This document shows, in pieces, positions 1-10,643 of a stretch of DNA of 64,000 nt; positions within the stretch are counted from its first letter, which is position 1; each line of letters begins with the position of its first letter. The notes under the pieces are model-generated. The model saw only the letters and a list, made by a program, of their open reading frames with translations, was not told the origin of the DNA and made no database searches. The DNA lies in assembly GCA_051874135.1 (NCBI GenBank), contig JBJEFO010000128.1:807-64806 (forward strand). Direction: 5' to 3'. Source of the DNA: Lysinibacillus sp. (GTDB lineage Bacteria > Bacillota > Bacilli > Bacillales_A > Planococcaceae). Both the position numbers and the translations under genes were made by a program.

Positions 1-1
1 G

Positions 2-166
2 CTAGAAAATATTAAAAAGGCTATTAGTTATGTGAATGAATCGACTATGCAAATTGCTTCCTTTACAGAAGAGTATACAGCGAGCATGCATGAAATGAGT
101 GCTTCCTATACACGTATTAATCGCATTGGCGATAAATTGATGGAGTTAAGCGAAATTGATAAATAA
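2..166 (+). CDS. 3' end of a gene entering from the left edge; helical C-terminus resembling a methyl-accepting chemotaxis protein tail
   Basis: Open frame LENIKKAISYVNESTMQIASFTEEYTASMHEMSAS...EIDK* (TAA 164-166) followed by a terminator-like hairpin; the family call is tentative. Confidence 0.4.
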   Translation, partial: LENIKKAISYVNESTMQIASFTEEYTASMHEMSASYTRINRIGDKLMELSEIDK

Positions 167-176
167 TAAGTAATCG

Positions 177-204
177 CCCCTTTATGATGTATGAAGGGGT
201 TTTA
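177..204 (+). terminator. Intrinsic terminator of the left-edge gene
   Basis: cccctttat-gatgt-atgaagggg hairpin followed by tttt. Confidence 0.6.
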
Positions 205-280
205 ATTATGTAACTACTCAAAGATACTGCTAATTTTACAAACGGTTGTATATGTTAATCCAATTAAAATCCGACAATAT

Positions 281-314
281 AAAAACCTCCCAAGACAATA
301 AGCCTTGAGAGGTT
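281..314 (-). terminator. rpsI terminator
   Basis: aacctc(c)caag...cttg(a)gaggtt stem with an A-run at 281-285 (U-tract on the minus strand). Confidence 0.7.
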
Positions 315-338
315 GGAAGTTCGTATAGAAACGTAAAA

Positions 339-731
339 TTAACGTTTTGAGAACTGAGGTGCACGACGAGCGCCGCGTAAACCTGGTTTTTTACGCTCTT
401 TCATACGAGCATCACGAGTAAGTAAACCTGCAGCTTTTAATGCTGGACGGAAGTCAGGGTCAACTTGTAGTAATGCACGAGCGATACCGTGACGGATTGC
501 ACCAGCTTGACCAGTGAAACCACCACCGTTAACGTTTACGTGGATGTCATAGCTACCTAGAGTTTCAGTTGCTACTAATGGTTGTTTAATTACTTCGCGT
601 AATGTTGCGAATGGTACATAATCTTCAACATCGCGTTTGTTGATAACAATTTTGCCTTCGCCTGGTACTAAACGTACGCGAGCTACTGAGCTTTTACGGC
701 GACCTGTGCCGATATATTGAACTTGTGCCAA
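339..731 (-). CDS. rpsI: 30S ribosomal protein S9
   Basis: [12 protein letters not shown] and C-terminal RRAPQFSKR motifs; TTG start. Confidence 0.99.
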   Translation of the reverse strand: MAQVQYIGTGRRKSSVARVRLVPGEGKIVINKRDVEDYVPFATLREVIKQPLVATETLGSYDIHVNVNGGGFTGQAGAIRHGIARALLQVDPDFRPALKAAGLLTRDARMKERKKPGLRGARRAPQFSKR

Positions 732-756
732 AGTGATATCCTCCTATTAATTTAAA

Positions 757-1194
757 TTAACCGCGTAGCTCGTAAGCTTCTGGTTTTTGTGCTGCGTGTG
801 GGTGTTCTGCTCCAGCATAAACATTAAGTTTGCCGAACATTTTGCGACCTAAAGAGTTTTTAGGTAACATACCTTTAACCGCTAACTCGATCATTTGAGT
901 TGGGTATTTTTCTTTCATTTCGCCAGCTGTACGTTGTTTTAAACCACCAGCGAATTGAGTGTGACGATAGTAGATTTTACCTTCTAACTTGTTACCAGTT
1001 AAATGGATTTTGTCAGCGTTGATGATGATAACGTGATCACCTGTGTCAACGTTTGGTGTGAATGTTGGTTTATGTTTACCGCGTAAGATAGCAGCTACTT
1101 CAGAAGCTAAACGACCAAGTGTTTGGCCTTCTGCGTCTACTACTAACCATTTACGCTCTACTTCGTGACCTTTAGCCATGAATGTTGTACGCAT
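757..1194 (-). CDS. rplM: 50S ribosomal protein L13
   Basis: LGRLAS...GKHKPTFTP...YYRHT motifs. Confidence 0.99.
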   Translation of the reverse strand: MRTTFMAKGHEVERKWLVVDAEGQTLGRLASEVAAILRGKHKPTFTPNVDTGDHVIIINADKIHLTGNKLEGKIYYRHTQFAGGLKQRTAGEMKEKYPTQMIELAVKGMLPKNSLGRKMFGKLNVYAGAEHPHAAQKPEAYELRG

Positions 1195-1228
1195 GAATGT
1201 ATCCTCCTAATCGATATAAAATTACCGT

Positions 1229-1290
1229 TATTTTTCATTAGTCTGCACTATAAGTTTTCGGGGCTTATTTGTGGTGGTAATGAAAATACC
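1229..1290 (-). ncRNA. L13 leader (rplM 5' UTR structure)
   Basis: Minus strand: tattttcatta/taatgaaaaata outer stem enclosing an ataag-ccccgaaaa-cttat hairpin, between the promoter and the rplM SD. Confidence 0.7.
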
Positions 1291-1297
1291 ATACATC

Positions 1298-1326
1298 ATC
1301 TTATAACGAATCAAGTTATAAGTCAA
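1298..1326 (-). promoter_or_regulatory. sigma-A promoter of rplM-rpsI
   Basis: TTGACT-17 nt-TAAGAT on the minus strand. Confidence 0.75.
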
Positions 1327-1357
1327 GCAATTTAATTAAACACCTGGAGAAGTTGTA

Positions 1358-2104
1358 CTAGACGTTATAGAATACTTTTTCTAAGTATAAACCGTGTGCT
1401 GGCGCGGTTTTGCCAGCATTTCCGCGGTCGCCACTATCAATTACTAGCGCAATATTTTTTGGGTCTCTTTTTCCAATACCGACTTCCCATAATGTTCCCG
1501 CAATAATGCGCACCATATTGTATAAAAAGCCATTACCTTCAATCGTCATATGTAGCTCTTCACCATGCCAAGTTAGTTCTAAACTAGACACGGTACGTAC
1601 TTTATCTATGACACTCGTATTTGCCGCGCAGAAGCACGAAAAATCATGCGTACCTAAAATCGCTTGAGCTGCTACTCTCATTGCCTCTACATCTGGCTTT
1701 ACCCCATTCGTTTCAACCGTATAGAAACGACGGAACGGGCTCATGATAGCCTCACAGTTCCAAATATAACGATAGCGTTTGCCACTTACGCTGTAGCGCG
1801 CATGGAAATCACTCGCTACTTCTTCTACAGCTAACACTCGAATATCTCGAGGCAATTGCACATTTAATGCTTTCATATATTTATCACACGGGATAGCAAG
1901 CGGTGTATCAAAATGAATAACCTGACCTGTTGCATGTACACGCGCATCGGTGCGCCCGCTCGCTGTTACTTTTACTGGCTGTCCTTTATGCATCACCGAC
2001 AATACTTTCTCAAGTTCTAGCTGCACAGTACGTTCACCGGGTTGCACTTGATAACCTGCAAAGTTTGTACCATCATAGCTAATTGTCGCCTTTAACCTTC
2101 TCAT
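1358..2104 (-). CDS. truA: tRNA pseudouridine(38-40) synthase
   Basis: YDGTNFAGYQ, SGRTDARVHA catalytic motif, FLYNMVR. Confidence 0.98.
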   Translation of the reverse strand: MRRLKATISYDGTNFAGYQVQPGERTVQLELEKVLSVMHKGQPVKVTASGRTDARVHATGQVIHFDTPLAIPCDKYMKALNVQLPRDIRVLAVEEVASDFHARYSVSGKRYRYIWNCEAIMSPFRRFYTVETNGVKPDVEAMRVAAQAILGTHDFSCFCAANTSVIDKVRTVSSLELTWHGEELHMTIEGNGFLYNMVRIIAGTLWEVGIGKRDPKNIALVIDSGDRGNAGKTAPAHGLYLEKVFYNV

Positions 2105-2113
2105 ATAACACTC

Positions 2114-2911
2114 CTAGTTACGGAAATAGATAAGCAATACTACCATCACTACAAGTGATAGTAATGCAAACGTATCGCCTACATCCCATTTTAACTGACG
2201 ATACCTTGTACGCCCTTCGCCACCACGGTAGCCGCGCACTTCCATCGCCGTTGCTAAATCTTCAGCACGCTTAAACGCACTAACAAATAGCGGTACAAGC
2301 AGTGGCACAATCGCTTTTACACGATCTTTTAACGGACCTGCACTTAAATCCGAACCACGCGCCATTTGTGCCTTCATAATTTTATCGGTTTCATCCATCA
2401 ATGTTGGGATAAAACGAAGTGAAATTGACATCATTAACGCTAACTCATGTACAGGTAGCTTAACCTTCTTTAACGGATTTAATAACGTTTCAATACCATC
2501 TGTAATAGATATCGGTGATGTCGTTAATGTTAAAATTGATGTCATAAATACAAGCACTAAGAAGCGAATTGAAATGAAAATACCTTGCTTTAAGCCTTCC
2601 TCATAAACTTTCAAAAAGCCTAGTTCTAAAATGATATCGCCCTCGCGCGTAAACAAAATATGCAGCAAGAACGTAAACACCATTAAGATAATGACTGGCT
2701 TTAATCCATTAATTAAGAAATACAAGCGAATTCGGCTCATTAAAATGACAACGAGCGTAAACGCGATTAGCAAACTATATGTGATAGTATTATTCGCTAA
2801 AAAGACAATGATGATAAAAGCAAATACAAATAGTAACTTTGAACGTGAATCTAAACGGTGTACAAATGAATTCCCTGGAATATAACGACCAAAAATCATT
2901 TTCTCCATCAT
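2114..2911 (-). CDS. ecfT: ECF transporter transmembrane component T
   Basis: Hydrophobic; AQMARG and AMEVRGY motifs; ecfAAT-truA synteny. Confidence 0.96.
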   Translation of the reverse strand: MMEKMIFGRYIPGNSFVHRLDSRSKLLFVFAFIIIVFLANNTITYSLLIAFTLVVILMSRIRLYFLINGLKPVIILMVFTFLLHILFTREGDIILELGFLKVYEEGLKQGIFISIRFLVLVFMTSILTLTTSPISITDGIETLLNPLKKVKLPVHELALMMSISLRFIPTLMDETDKIMKAQMARGSDLSAGPLKDRVKAIVPLLVPLFVSAFKRAEDLATAMEVRGYRGGEGRTRYRQLKWDVGDTFALLSLVVMVVLLIYFRN

Positions 2912-3777
2912 AAGTGGTCACGCCCCTTTACAACACGGGCAATCTCATCCGCTAGCTCTTCTTCTGTTAAACAAATTTTAGAAAGCTTCGTATTCATCAT
3001 CTTCTCCACACGATTCTGGAACTTCACAATTCGAGGTAATTGTAAACGATATTTTTTTAGCGTTTCAGCATCTGCAAATAGCTCACGTGGCGCTCCTGTT
3101 AAGACACAGCGACCTTCATGCATAATCGCTATCTCATCTGCATAGCGTGCCGCATCTTCCATACTGTGTGTCACAAGTATTGTCGTTAAACCCCGTTCCT
3201 TATGCAATGTGTAAAACATGTCCATTATTTCTTTTTGTCCACGTGGATCGAGGCCGGCAGTCGGCTCATCTAATACGATGATTTCTGGCTCCATTGCCAG
3301 CACACCAGCAATCGCTACACGGCGCATTTGACCACCTGATAAATCGAAAGGTGATTTTTCAAGTACCGCTTCTGAAAGCCCTACAAGCTTAATTAATTCG
3401 CGCGCTCGACGGTCTGCTTCCTGCTCTGATACGCCGAAATTCATCGGTCCAAACATAATATCTTTTAATACTGTTTCCTCAAACAGCTGATGCTCTGGGA
3501 ATTGAAACACAATACCGACCTTTTGACGAATCGGCTTTAATTCCTTTGCTTTCTTCCCAGCCTCAATAACACGGTCACCAATATGCACTTCCCCTGTAGT
3601 TGGCTTTAATAGCCCATTAAAGTGCTGAAGAATTGTCGATTTACCTGATCCTGTGTGACCGATAATTGCTTGATATGTGCCTGAACGTATATTTAAATTC
3701 ACATCGTAAAGTGCGCGTTTCTCAAAGGGTGTACCTTTAGCGTACGCATAACTTACTTGTTGAAGTTTGATGTCCAT
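2908..3777 (-). CDS. ecfA2: ECF transporter ATPase A2
   Basis: Walker A GHTGSGKST, VFQFPEHQLF, LSGGQMRRVAIAG. Confidence 0.96.
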   Translation of the reverse strand: MDIKLQQVSYAYAKGTPFEKRALYDVNLNIRSGTYQAIIGHTGSGKSTILQHFNGLLKPTTGEVHIGDRVIEAGKKAKELKPIRQKVGIVFQFPEHQLFEETVLKDIMFGPMNFGVSEQEADRRARELIKLVGLSEAVLEKSPFDLSGGQMRRVAIAGVLAMEPEIIVLDEPTAGLDPRGQKEIMDMFYTLHKERGLTTILVTHSMEDAARYADEIAIMHEGRCVLTGAPRELFADAETLKKYRLQLPRIVKFQNRVEKMMNTKLSKICLTEEELADEIARVVKGRDHL

Positions 3778-4598
3778 AAGTCATTCACCAGCTCTTCTTC
3801 TGTCATATGTTGCCCTACAAGCTGTATACCATTCGCTTGTAATAGCTTTGTCATTTTCATTGCAAATGGCAAGTCTAGCCCGAGTTCCACTAGCTGATCA
3901 CCGAGCGCAAAAATTTCCGCCGGCGTCCCTTGTGCAAATTTCTTTCCATCATTCATAAATAATATACGGTCAGCTAACATTGCCTCTTCTAAATCGTGCG
4001 TAATCGATAAAACAGTTAGACCGATTTTTTCTCGCAATGCTTGGACTATTTGTAACACTTCTTCTCGCCCTTGAGGATCAAGCATTGATGTCGCTTCATC
4101 TAAAATTAAAATTCTAGGATGCATTGCAAGCGCACCGGCAATTGCTACACGCTGCTTTTGACCTCCTGACAAGTGATGTGGCTCATGATTTAGGAAACCG
4201 TCCATTTTCACTTGCTGTAATGACTCATGTACGCGTGCTACCATCTCTTCATACGGTACGCCATTATTCTCAAGGGAAAAGGCTACATCATCCTGTACTG
4301 TTGCCCCTACGAATTGATTATCTGGATTTTGAAACACCATACCAATTTGAGAACGCAACTCCCAAAGGTTTTCCTCAGTTAGCACATCACGCATAATACG
4401 TACTTCGCCTTCCTGTGGAAACAATAAACCGCTCAATAATTTAGCAAGTGTCGACTTTCCTGACCCATTATGCCCAACAATTGCAATCCATTCACCTTCA
4501 TTTACAGCAAATGTCACACCTTGTACGGCTTTACGTGCATCAGGAACGTCCGGTGTATATGAAAACGTTACGTTATTAAACGATAAAATCTCTTTCAT
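3753..4598 (-). CDS. ecfA1: ECF transporter ATPase A1
   Basis: GHNGSGKST, VFQNPDNQFVG, LDEATSMLDP. Confidence 0.96.
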   Translation of the reverse strand: MKEILSFNNVTFSYTPDVPDARKAVQGVTFAVNEGEWIAIVGHNGSGKSTLAKLLSGLLFPQEGEVRIMRDVLTEENLWELRSQIGMVFQNPDNQFVGATVQDDVAFSLENNGVPYEEMVARVHESLQQVKMDGFLNHEPHHLSGGQKQRVAIAGALAMHPRILILDEATSMLDPQGREEVLQIVQALREKIGLTVLSITHDLEEAMLADRILFMNDGKKFAQGTPAEIFALGDQLVELGLDLPFAMKMTKLLQANGIQLVGQHMTEEELVNDLWTSNFNK

Positions 4599-4777
4599 GT
4601 TCTACGCTCCTCATTTCTCTGCTCTACTAATAAAATTACACTGTTTTATATATGTTTACTACCTTTTTTCAGAAAACTCTATTACAAAAATTTTAACCAT
4701 ATATAAAAATAAAGCACGTTTGCCTAAAACGTACTTTATGTTTACATATGTATTAAGCTCAACTATTCTATCACAAT

Positions 4778-4812
4778 AAAAAAGCGCGCACCTCATTCAG
4801 AGAAATGCGCTT
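4778..4812 (-). terminator. Terminator closing the element downstream of rplQ
   Basis: Minus strand gcgcatttc-tctgaat-gaggtgcgc then gctttttt. Confidence 0.6.
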
Positions 4813-4876
4813 ATCACTACATTAAGGAGAACATACGGCTGCTCATTTCCGTTTGTTCAGTATGAATGAGGTGCGA

Positions 4877-4924
4877 GAGCTAGACGAGACGCCGCACATA
4901 TTGTACTCGCTCATCATAACGCTC
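4877..4924 (-). ncRNA. L17 downstream element (L17DE)-like RNA motif
   Basis: Minus strand gagcGTTATGATGAgcgag...ctcgTCTAGCTC downstream of rplQ matches my recollection of the L17DE core. Confidence 0.55.
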
Positions 4925-4963
4925 AGCTTATTTATTGTCGTATAAATCGTATAAATATTATTT

Positions 4964-5003
4964 AAAAAGGGAGTGCCGTTCAACAGGTGAACTAGGCACC
5001 CCC
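4964..5003 (-). terminator. rplQ terminator-like hairpin
   Basis: Minus strand gggggtgcc...ggcactccc followed by ttttt. Confidence 0.7.
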
Positions 5004-5019
5004 TAACCCAAGTTTAAGA

Positions 5020-5397
5020 TTAAACTAATTCAATCACAACTACAGGTGCGCCGTCTCCACGACGAGGACCTACTTTAAGGATGCGAGTGTAACCACCTTG
5101 ACGCTCTGCATAACGAGGTGCGATTTCGTCAAATAATTTTTGAAGTGCGAAAACAGTTTTTTCTTCTTCGCCTTCTCCAACTGTTACTAGCTCACGACGG
5201 ATGAATGCTGCTGCTTGACGACGAGCATGTAAATCACCGCGTTTACCTAAAGTAATCATTTTTTCTACAGCTTTACGAGTTTCTTTAGCGCGAGCTTCAG
5301 TTGTTTCGATGCGCTCGTTGATGATTAAATCAGTAGCTAAGTCACGTAATAAAGCTTTACGTTGAGAACTTGTACGACCAAGTTTTCTGTAACCCAT
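5020..5397 (-). CDS. rplQ: 50S ribosomal protein L17
   Basis: [33 protein letters not shown]. Confidence 0.99.
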   Translation of the reverse strand: MGYRKLGRTSSQRKALLRDLATDLIINERIETTEARAKETRKAVEKMITLGKRGDLHARRQAAAFIRRELVTVGEGEEEKTVFALQKLFDEIAPRYAERQGGYTRILKVGPRRGDGAPVVVIELV

Positions 5398-5452
5398 GGA
5401 CGTTTCCCTCCTTTATAAATATCTGATCTAGCTTATATATTGTAAAATTCGC

Positions 5453-6391
5453 TTAGTCTTCTTTACGTAATCCTAAACCAAGCTCTTCTAACTTCGCTTT
5501 AACTTCTTCTAAAGACTTACGACCAAGGTTACGTACTTTCATCATGTCATCTTCTGACTTATTAGCAAGCTCTAATACCGTATTGATACCAGCGCGCTTT
5601 AAGCAGTTGTAAGAACGAACAGAAAGGTCTAGTTCTTCGATAGTCATCTCTAGAACTTTTTCTTTTTGATCTTCTTCTTTTTCAACCATGATTTCAGCAG
5701 TTTGCGCTTCGTTCGTCATGCCTACGAAAATGTTTAAATGCTCTGTTAAGATTTTCGCTCCAAGCGAAATCGCCTCTTTTGGACCGATGCTACCATCTGT
5801 CCATACATCAAGTGATAACTTATCGTAGTCAGAATTTTGTCCAACGCGAGTGTTCTCTACTTGGAAGTTGACGCGTGAAACTGGAGTGTAAATAGAGTCG
5901 ATCGGGATCACGCCGATAGGAAGATCCTCACGTTTGTTTTGATCAGCAGGAGTGTAACCACGACCTCGTTGCGCATACATACGCATACGTAGATGACCGT
6001 TTTTAGCAATTGTTGCAATATATAGATCTGGATTTAAAATTTCTACATCGCTATCATGTGTGATATCGGCAGCAGTAACTACGCCTTCACCTTTCACATC
6101 AATCTCAATGACTTTTTCTTCGTCAGAGTAGATTTTTAAAGCAAGCTTTTTCACGTTTAAGATAATTGAAGCAACATCTTCTACAACGCCTTCTACTGTA
6201 GAGAATTCGTGTAATACGCCATCAATTTGAATTGATGTTACAGCCGCCCCTGGCAGTGAAGATAGAAGGATACGACGTAGTGAATTACCCAAAGTGTTTC
6301 CATATCCGCGTTCTAGCGGTTCTACAACAAACTTGCCATACTTGGCATCATCGCTGATCGTTTCAATCTTTGGTTTTTCAATTTCGATCAT
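5453..6391 (-). CDS. rpoA: RNA polymerase subunit alpha
   Basis: [21 protein letters not shown]; alpha-[16 protein letters not shown]. Confidence 0.99.
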   Translation of the reverse strand: MIEIEKPKIETISDDAKYGKFVVEPLERGYGNTLGNSLRRILLSSLPGAAVTSIQIDGVLHEFSTVEGVVEDVASIILNVKKLALKIYSDEEKVIEIDVKGEGVVTAADITHDSDVEILNPDLYIATIAKNGHLRMRMYAQRGRGYTPADQNKREDLPIGVIPIDSIYTPVSRVNFQVENTRVGQNSDYDKLSLDVWTDGSIGPKEAISLGAKILTEHLNIFVGMTNEAQTAEIMVEKEEDQKEKVLEMTIEELDLSVRSYNCLKRAGINTVLELANKSEDDMMKVRNLGRKSLEEVKAKLEELGLGLRKED

Positions 6392-6531
6392 TCAATTTAC
6401 CCTCCTTCAAAACATCGAATGTATAGGTTCATACCATCATAGTGTTCGATCTAGATTGACCGTTAAAAATTGCACAAGACTTTTGCACAAGAAATGATGT
6501 ACCTAAAGGTATTCCCTTTAAGTTGCACCCA

Positions 6532-6939
<408 letters not shown>

Positions 6940-6947
6940 TTACTTAA

Positions 6948-7313
6948 TTATTTTTTCTTGTTCGCTACAGTCTTACGAGGACCTTTACGCGTACGCGCAT
7001 TGTTCTTCGTATTTTGACCACGAACTGGTAAACCACGACGGTGACGGATACCACGGAATGAAGCGATTTCCATTAAACGTTTGATGTTTAAAGAAATTTC
7101 ACGACGTAGGTCACCTTCTGTTTTGTATGAATCTAATTGTTCACGGATTAGGTTTAATTGATCTTCAGAAAGATCGCGTACACGGATATTTTCGTCAATA
7201 CCAGCTGCCGCTAATACTTTTTGAGAAGTAGTTTTACCAATACCGTAAATGTAAGTTAATGAAATTACAACGCGTTTATCGCGAGGAATATCAACACCAG
7301 CAATACGTGCCAT
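6948..7313 (-). CDS. rpsM: 30S ribosomal protein S13
   Basis: [28 protein letters not shown]. Confidence 0.99.
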   Translation of the reverse strand: MARIAGVDIPRDKRVVISLTYIYGIGKTTSQKVLAAAGIDENIRVRDLSEDQLNLIREQLDSYKTEGDLRREISLNIKRLMEIASFRGIRHRRGLPVRGQNTKNNARTRKGPRKTVANKKK

Positions 7314-7336
7314 TTAGCAGTGCACCTCCTTGTTTA

Positions 7337-7450
<114 letters not shown>

Positions 7451-7487
7451 CTAACCTAACCTCCTTAGTAGTCCGGAGTGCAAAAGA

Positions 7488-7706
7488 TTATTTAAAACGG
7501 TATGTGATACGACCGCGAGTTAAATCATAAGGAGATAACTCGATAGTAACCTTATCTCCCGGTAGGATACGGATAAAGTGCATACGAATCTTTCCAGATA
7601 CGTGTGCGAGCACAGTGTGCCCATTTTCTAATTCTACCTTAAACATCGCGTTTGGCAAAGTCTCAACAACTGTCCCTTCGACTTCAATTACATCATCTTT
7701 CGCCAT
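7488..7706 (-). CDS. infA: Translation initiation factor IF-1
   Basis: [11 protein letters not shown]...GRITYRFK. Confidence 0.99.
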   Translation of the reverse strand: MAKDDVIEVEGTVVETLPNAMFKVELENGHTVLAHVSGKIRMHFIRILPGDKVTIELSPYDLTRGRITYRFK

Positions 7707-7712
7707 CAATCA

Positions 7713-8137
7713 TAAACTCCCTTCTATATGCAATTTCTGATTCTCCTGAGAACCGAAGCAACTGTTTTCTTCTATGAAGAAGCAACTCGTCGTCTCAACA
7801 TATGTTTGGATTGTATGAGAGATGTTCGAAAGACGCTCGTCTGGTTTCGCTTCACACAATCCACGGAATGAACAGATCCGGTTAAGGAAGCTGTATTCCT
7901 TAATGTTAACACGATAGCCGGAATGTCTAGGATGAGAGATTTATACCCACCCATTTACACAGATGCTTCCACGAAACCCATTATACCCTTTTCCGAAGCA
8001 TCATCACACCGTAGTGCTCAAATTCGTCCATAAAGTATATACCGGGCACAATATGCTTTTGCAACTCTCAAAAAATTAGTTTTTCTGTTGCCTCCACAAA
8101 ACCTTCGCGGAAGCATTTAAACGCGCCCGGTCAGGTA
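7713..8137 (-). ncRNA. Candidate structured RNA element in the adk-infA spacer
   Basis: At least 8 helices whose non-Watson-Crick positions are mostly G-U on the minus strand; see findings. Confidence 0.45.
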
Positions 8138-8806
<669 letters not shown>

Positions 8807-8872
8807 CTATTAACAAAAACTTATCTATTTTTAGCTGGATTAAGGAAACAAAAGCGTTTCCCTAAACCTGCA

Positions 8873-10168
8873 TTATTTCATAAAGCCTTTATAATGACGT
8901 TTTACTAGTTGCGATTCCAGTTGTTTCATTGTCTCTAAAGCTACACCAACTACGATAATTAAACTAGTACCACCGATCTGCACAGAAGCAGGAAGGTTCA
9001 TAAAGTTAATAAACAGAATTGGGATAACAGAGATTACAACAAGGAACAATGCTCCTACAAATGTTAAACGGTAAAGAACTTTTGTTAAATAAGTTTGCGT
9101 ATCATTACCAGGACGAATACCTGGAATGTATGCACCTTGTTTTTTCAAGTTGTCAGCCACATTTTCCGGATTCACTTGGATGAATGCATAGAAGTATGTG
9201 AATGCAATGATCAATGCGACATAGATTATCAAACCAATAGGTTTTGTATAATCAAACGTATTTGTAATCCATGTTGTTATGTCATTTTGACCAAAGAATG
9301 TAGCAAGAGTTTGAGGGGTTACGATGAACGCTACTGCAAAGATTACCGGAATAACCCCAGCAGCATTTACTTTTAACGGTAAGTGCGTTTGTTGTCCACC
9401 TACGACTTGACCACGACCAGCAACTCGTTTTGCATATTGAATTGGGATTTTACGTAACGCTTGTTGTACGTAAATTACACCAACAATAATAGCTAATAGC
9501 ACTAAAACTAAAAGAACTAAGATTACACTGTTAATAAATAACTGGTCACCAGCACCTTCAATTTTTTGTGCATATACTTGGTTTACTGCATTTGGAATCG
9601 CAGCTACGATACCAGCGAAGATAATGATTGAAATACCATTACCTACACCATGTGCAGTAATTTGTTCAGCTAACCATAAAAGGAATGAAGTACCTGCTGT
9701 AAGTACAATAGCAATTGTTAAATACGATCCAATACTAGTATCCGTAATCAATGATCCACCATAGAACTGGTTAAACCCGAACGACATCGCGAAAGATTGA
9801 ATAAATGCTAACACAATCGTAAAGTAACGTGTGAATTGAGCGAGTTTACGTCGCCCTACTTCACCTTGCTTTGCCCACTCTGCAAACTTCGGTACAACGT
9901 CCATTTGCAATAACTGAACAATGATTGAGGCTGTGATGTACGGCATAATCCCCATCGCAAAGATAGAGAAATTAGACAGTGCACCACCGCCAAATGTATC
10001 GAGGAAGCCAACAAGATTAAACTCGTCAGTTGCCTTTAATACATTAGCGTCAACGTTTGGTACCGGGATGAAAGTCCCGATACGATAAACGATTAACATT
10101 ATAAGGGTAAAGATGATTTTATTTCGTATATCTCGAACGCGCATAAAGTTAGAGATCGTCTGAAACAT
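8873..10168 (-). CDS. secY: Preprotein translocase subunit SecY
   Basis: SIFAMGIMPYITASII, GVGNGISIIIF, IPGIRPG, GGTSLIIVVGV. Confidence 0.99.
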   Translation of the reverse strand: MFQTISNFMRVRDIRNKIIFTLIMLIVYRIGTFIPVPNVDANVLKATDEFNLVGFLDTFGGGALSNFSIFAMGIMPYITASIIVQLLQMDVVPKFAEWAKQGEVGRRKLAQFTRYFTIVLAFIQSFAMSFGFNQFYGGSLITDTSIGSYLTIAIVLTAGTSFLLWLAEQITAHGVGNGISIIIFAGIVAAIPNAVNQVYAQKIEGAGDQLFINSVILVLLVLVLLAIIVGVIYVQQALRKIPIQYAKRVAGRGQVVGGQQTHLPLKVNAAGVIPVIFAVAFIVTPQTLATFFGQNDITTWITNTFDYTKPIGLIIYVALIIAFTYFYAFIQVNPENVADNLKKQGAYIPGIRPGNDTQTYLTKVLYRLTFVGALFLVVISVIPILFINFMNLPASVQIGGTSLIIVVGVALETMKQLESQLVKRHYKGFMK

Positions 10169-10608
10169 TAAATCACCTCAGTTGTTCCGCCAGCGTTCTC
10201 GATAGCTTCTTTAGCTGAAGCTGAGAACTTGTGAGCTTTAACAGTTAACTTAACATTTAAAGTTCCATTGCCTAAAACTTTAATGCCAGCTTTCTCATTG
10301 CTCACTACACCAGTTTCTAATAATAATGCAGGTGTTACTTCTGCACCATCTTCGAAACGGTTAAGTGCATCAAGGTTAACGATAGCGTACTCTTTACGGT
10401 TGATGTTCGTAAAGCCGCGTTTCGGTAAACGACGGAATAGTGGGTTTTGACCCCCCTCAAATCCTGGGCGAACGCCGCCGCCTGAACGAGCGTTTTGACC
10501 TTTATGACCTTTACCTGCAGTTTTACCGTTACCAGAACCGATACCACGACCAACACGGTTACGTTGTTTACGAGAGCCTTCTGCTGGTTTTAACTCATGA
10601 AGTTTCAT
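10168..10608 (-). CDS. rplO: 50S ribosomal protein L15
   Basis: [30 protein letters not shown]; start moved to the ATG following the SD. Confidence 0.98.
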   Translation of the reverse strand: MKLHELKPAEGSRKQRNRVGRGIGSGNGKTAGKGHKGQNARSGGGVRPGFEGGQNPLFRRLPKRGFTNINRKEYAIVNLDALNRFEDGAEVTPALLLETGVVSNEKAGIKVLGNGTLNVKLTVKAHKFSASAKEAIENAGGTTEVI

Positions 10609-10643
10609 TATGGGTGGCACCTCCTTGTTCAATGTTTATGAAA

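Noticed and set aside
4597-4779. 60-aa plus-strand ORF upstream of ecfA1
   Set aside because: AT-rich promoter region, no SD, composition typical of a spurious ORF
7772-7954. 60-aa ORF in the adk-infA spacer as an intact gene
   Set aside because: No SD and no recognisable family; it overlaps strong RNA helices. Kept only as part of a speculative pseudogene reading
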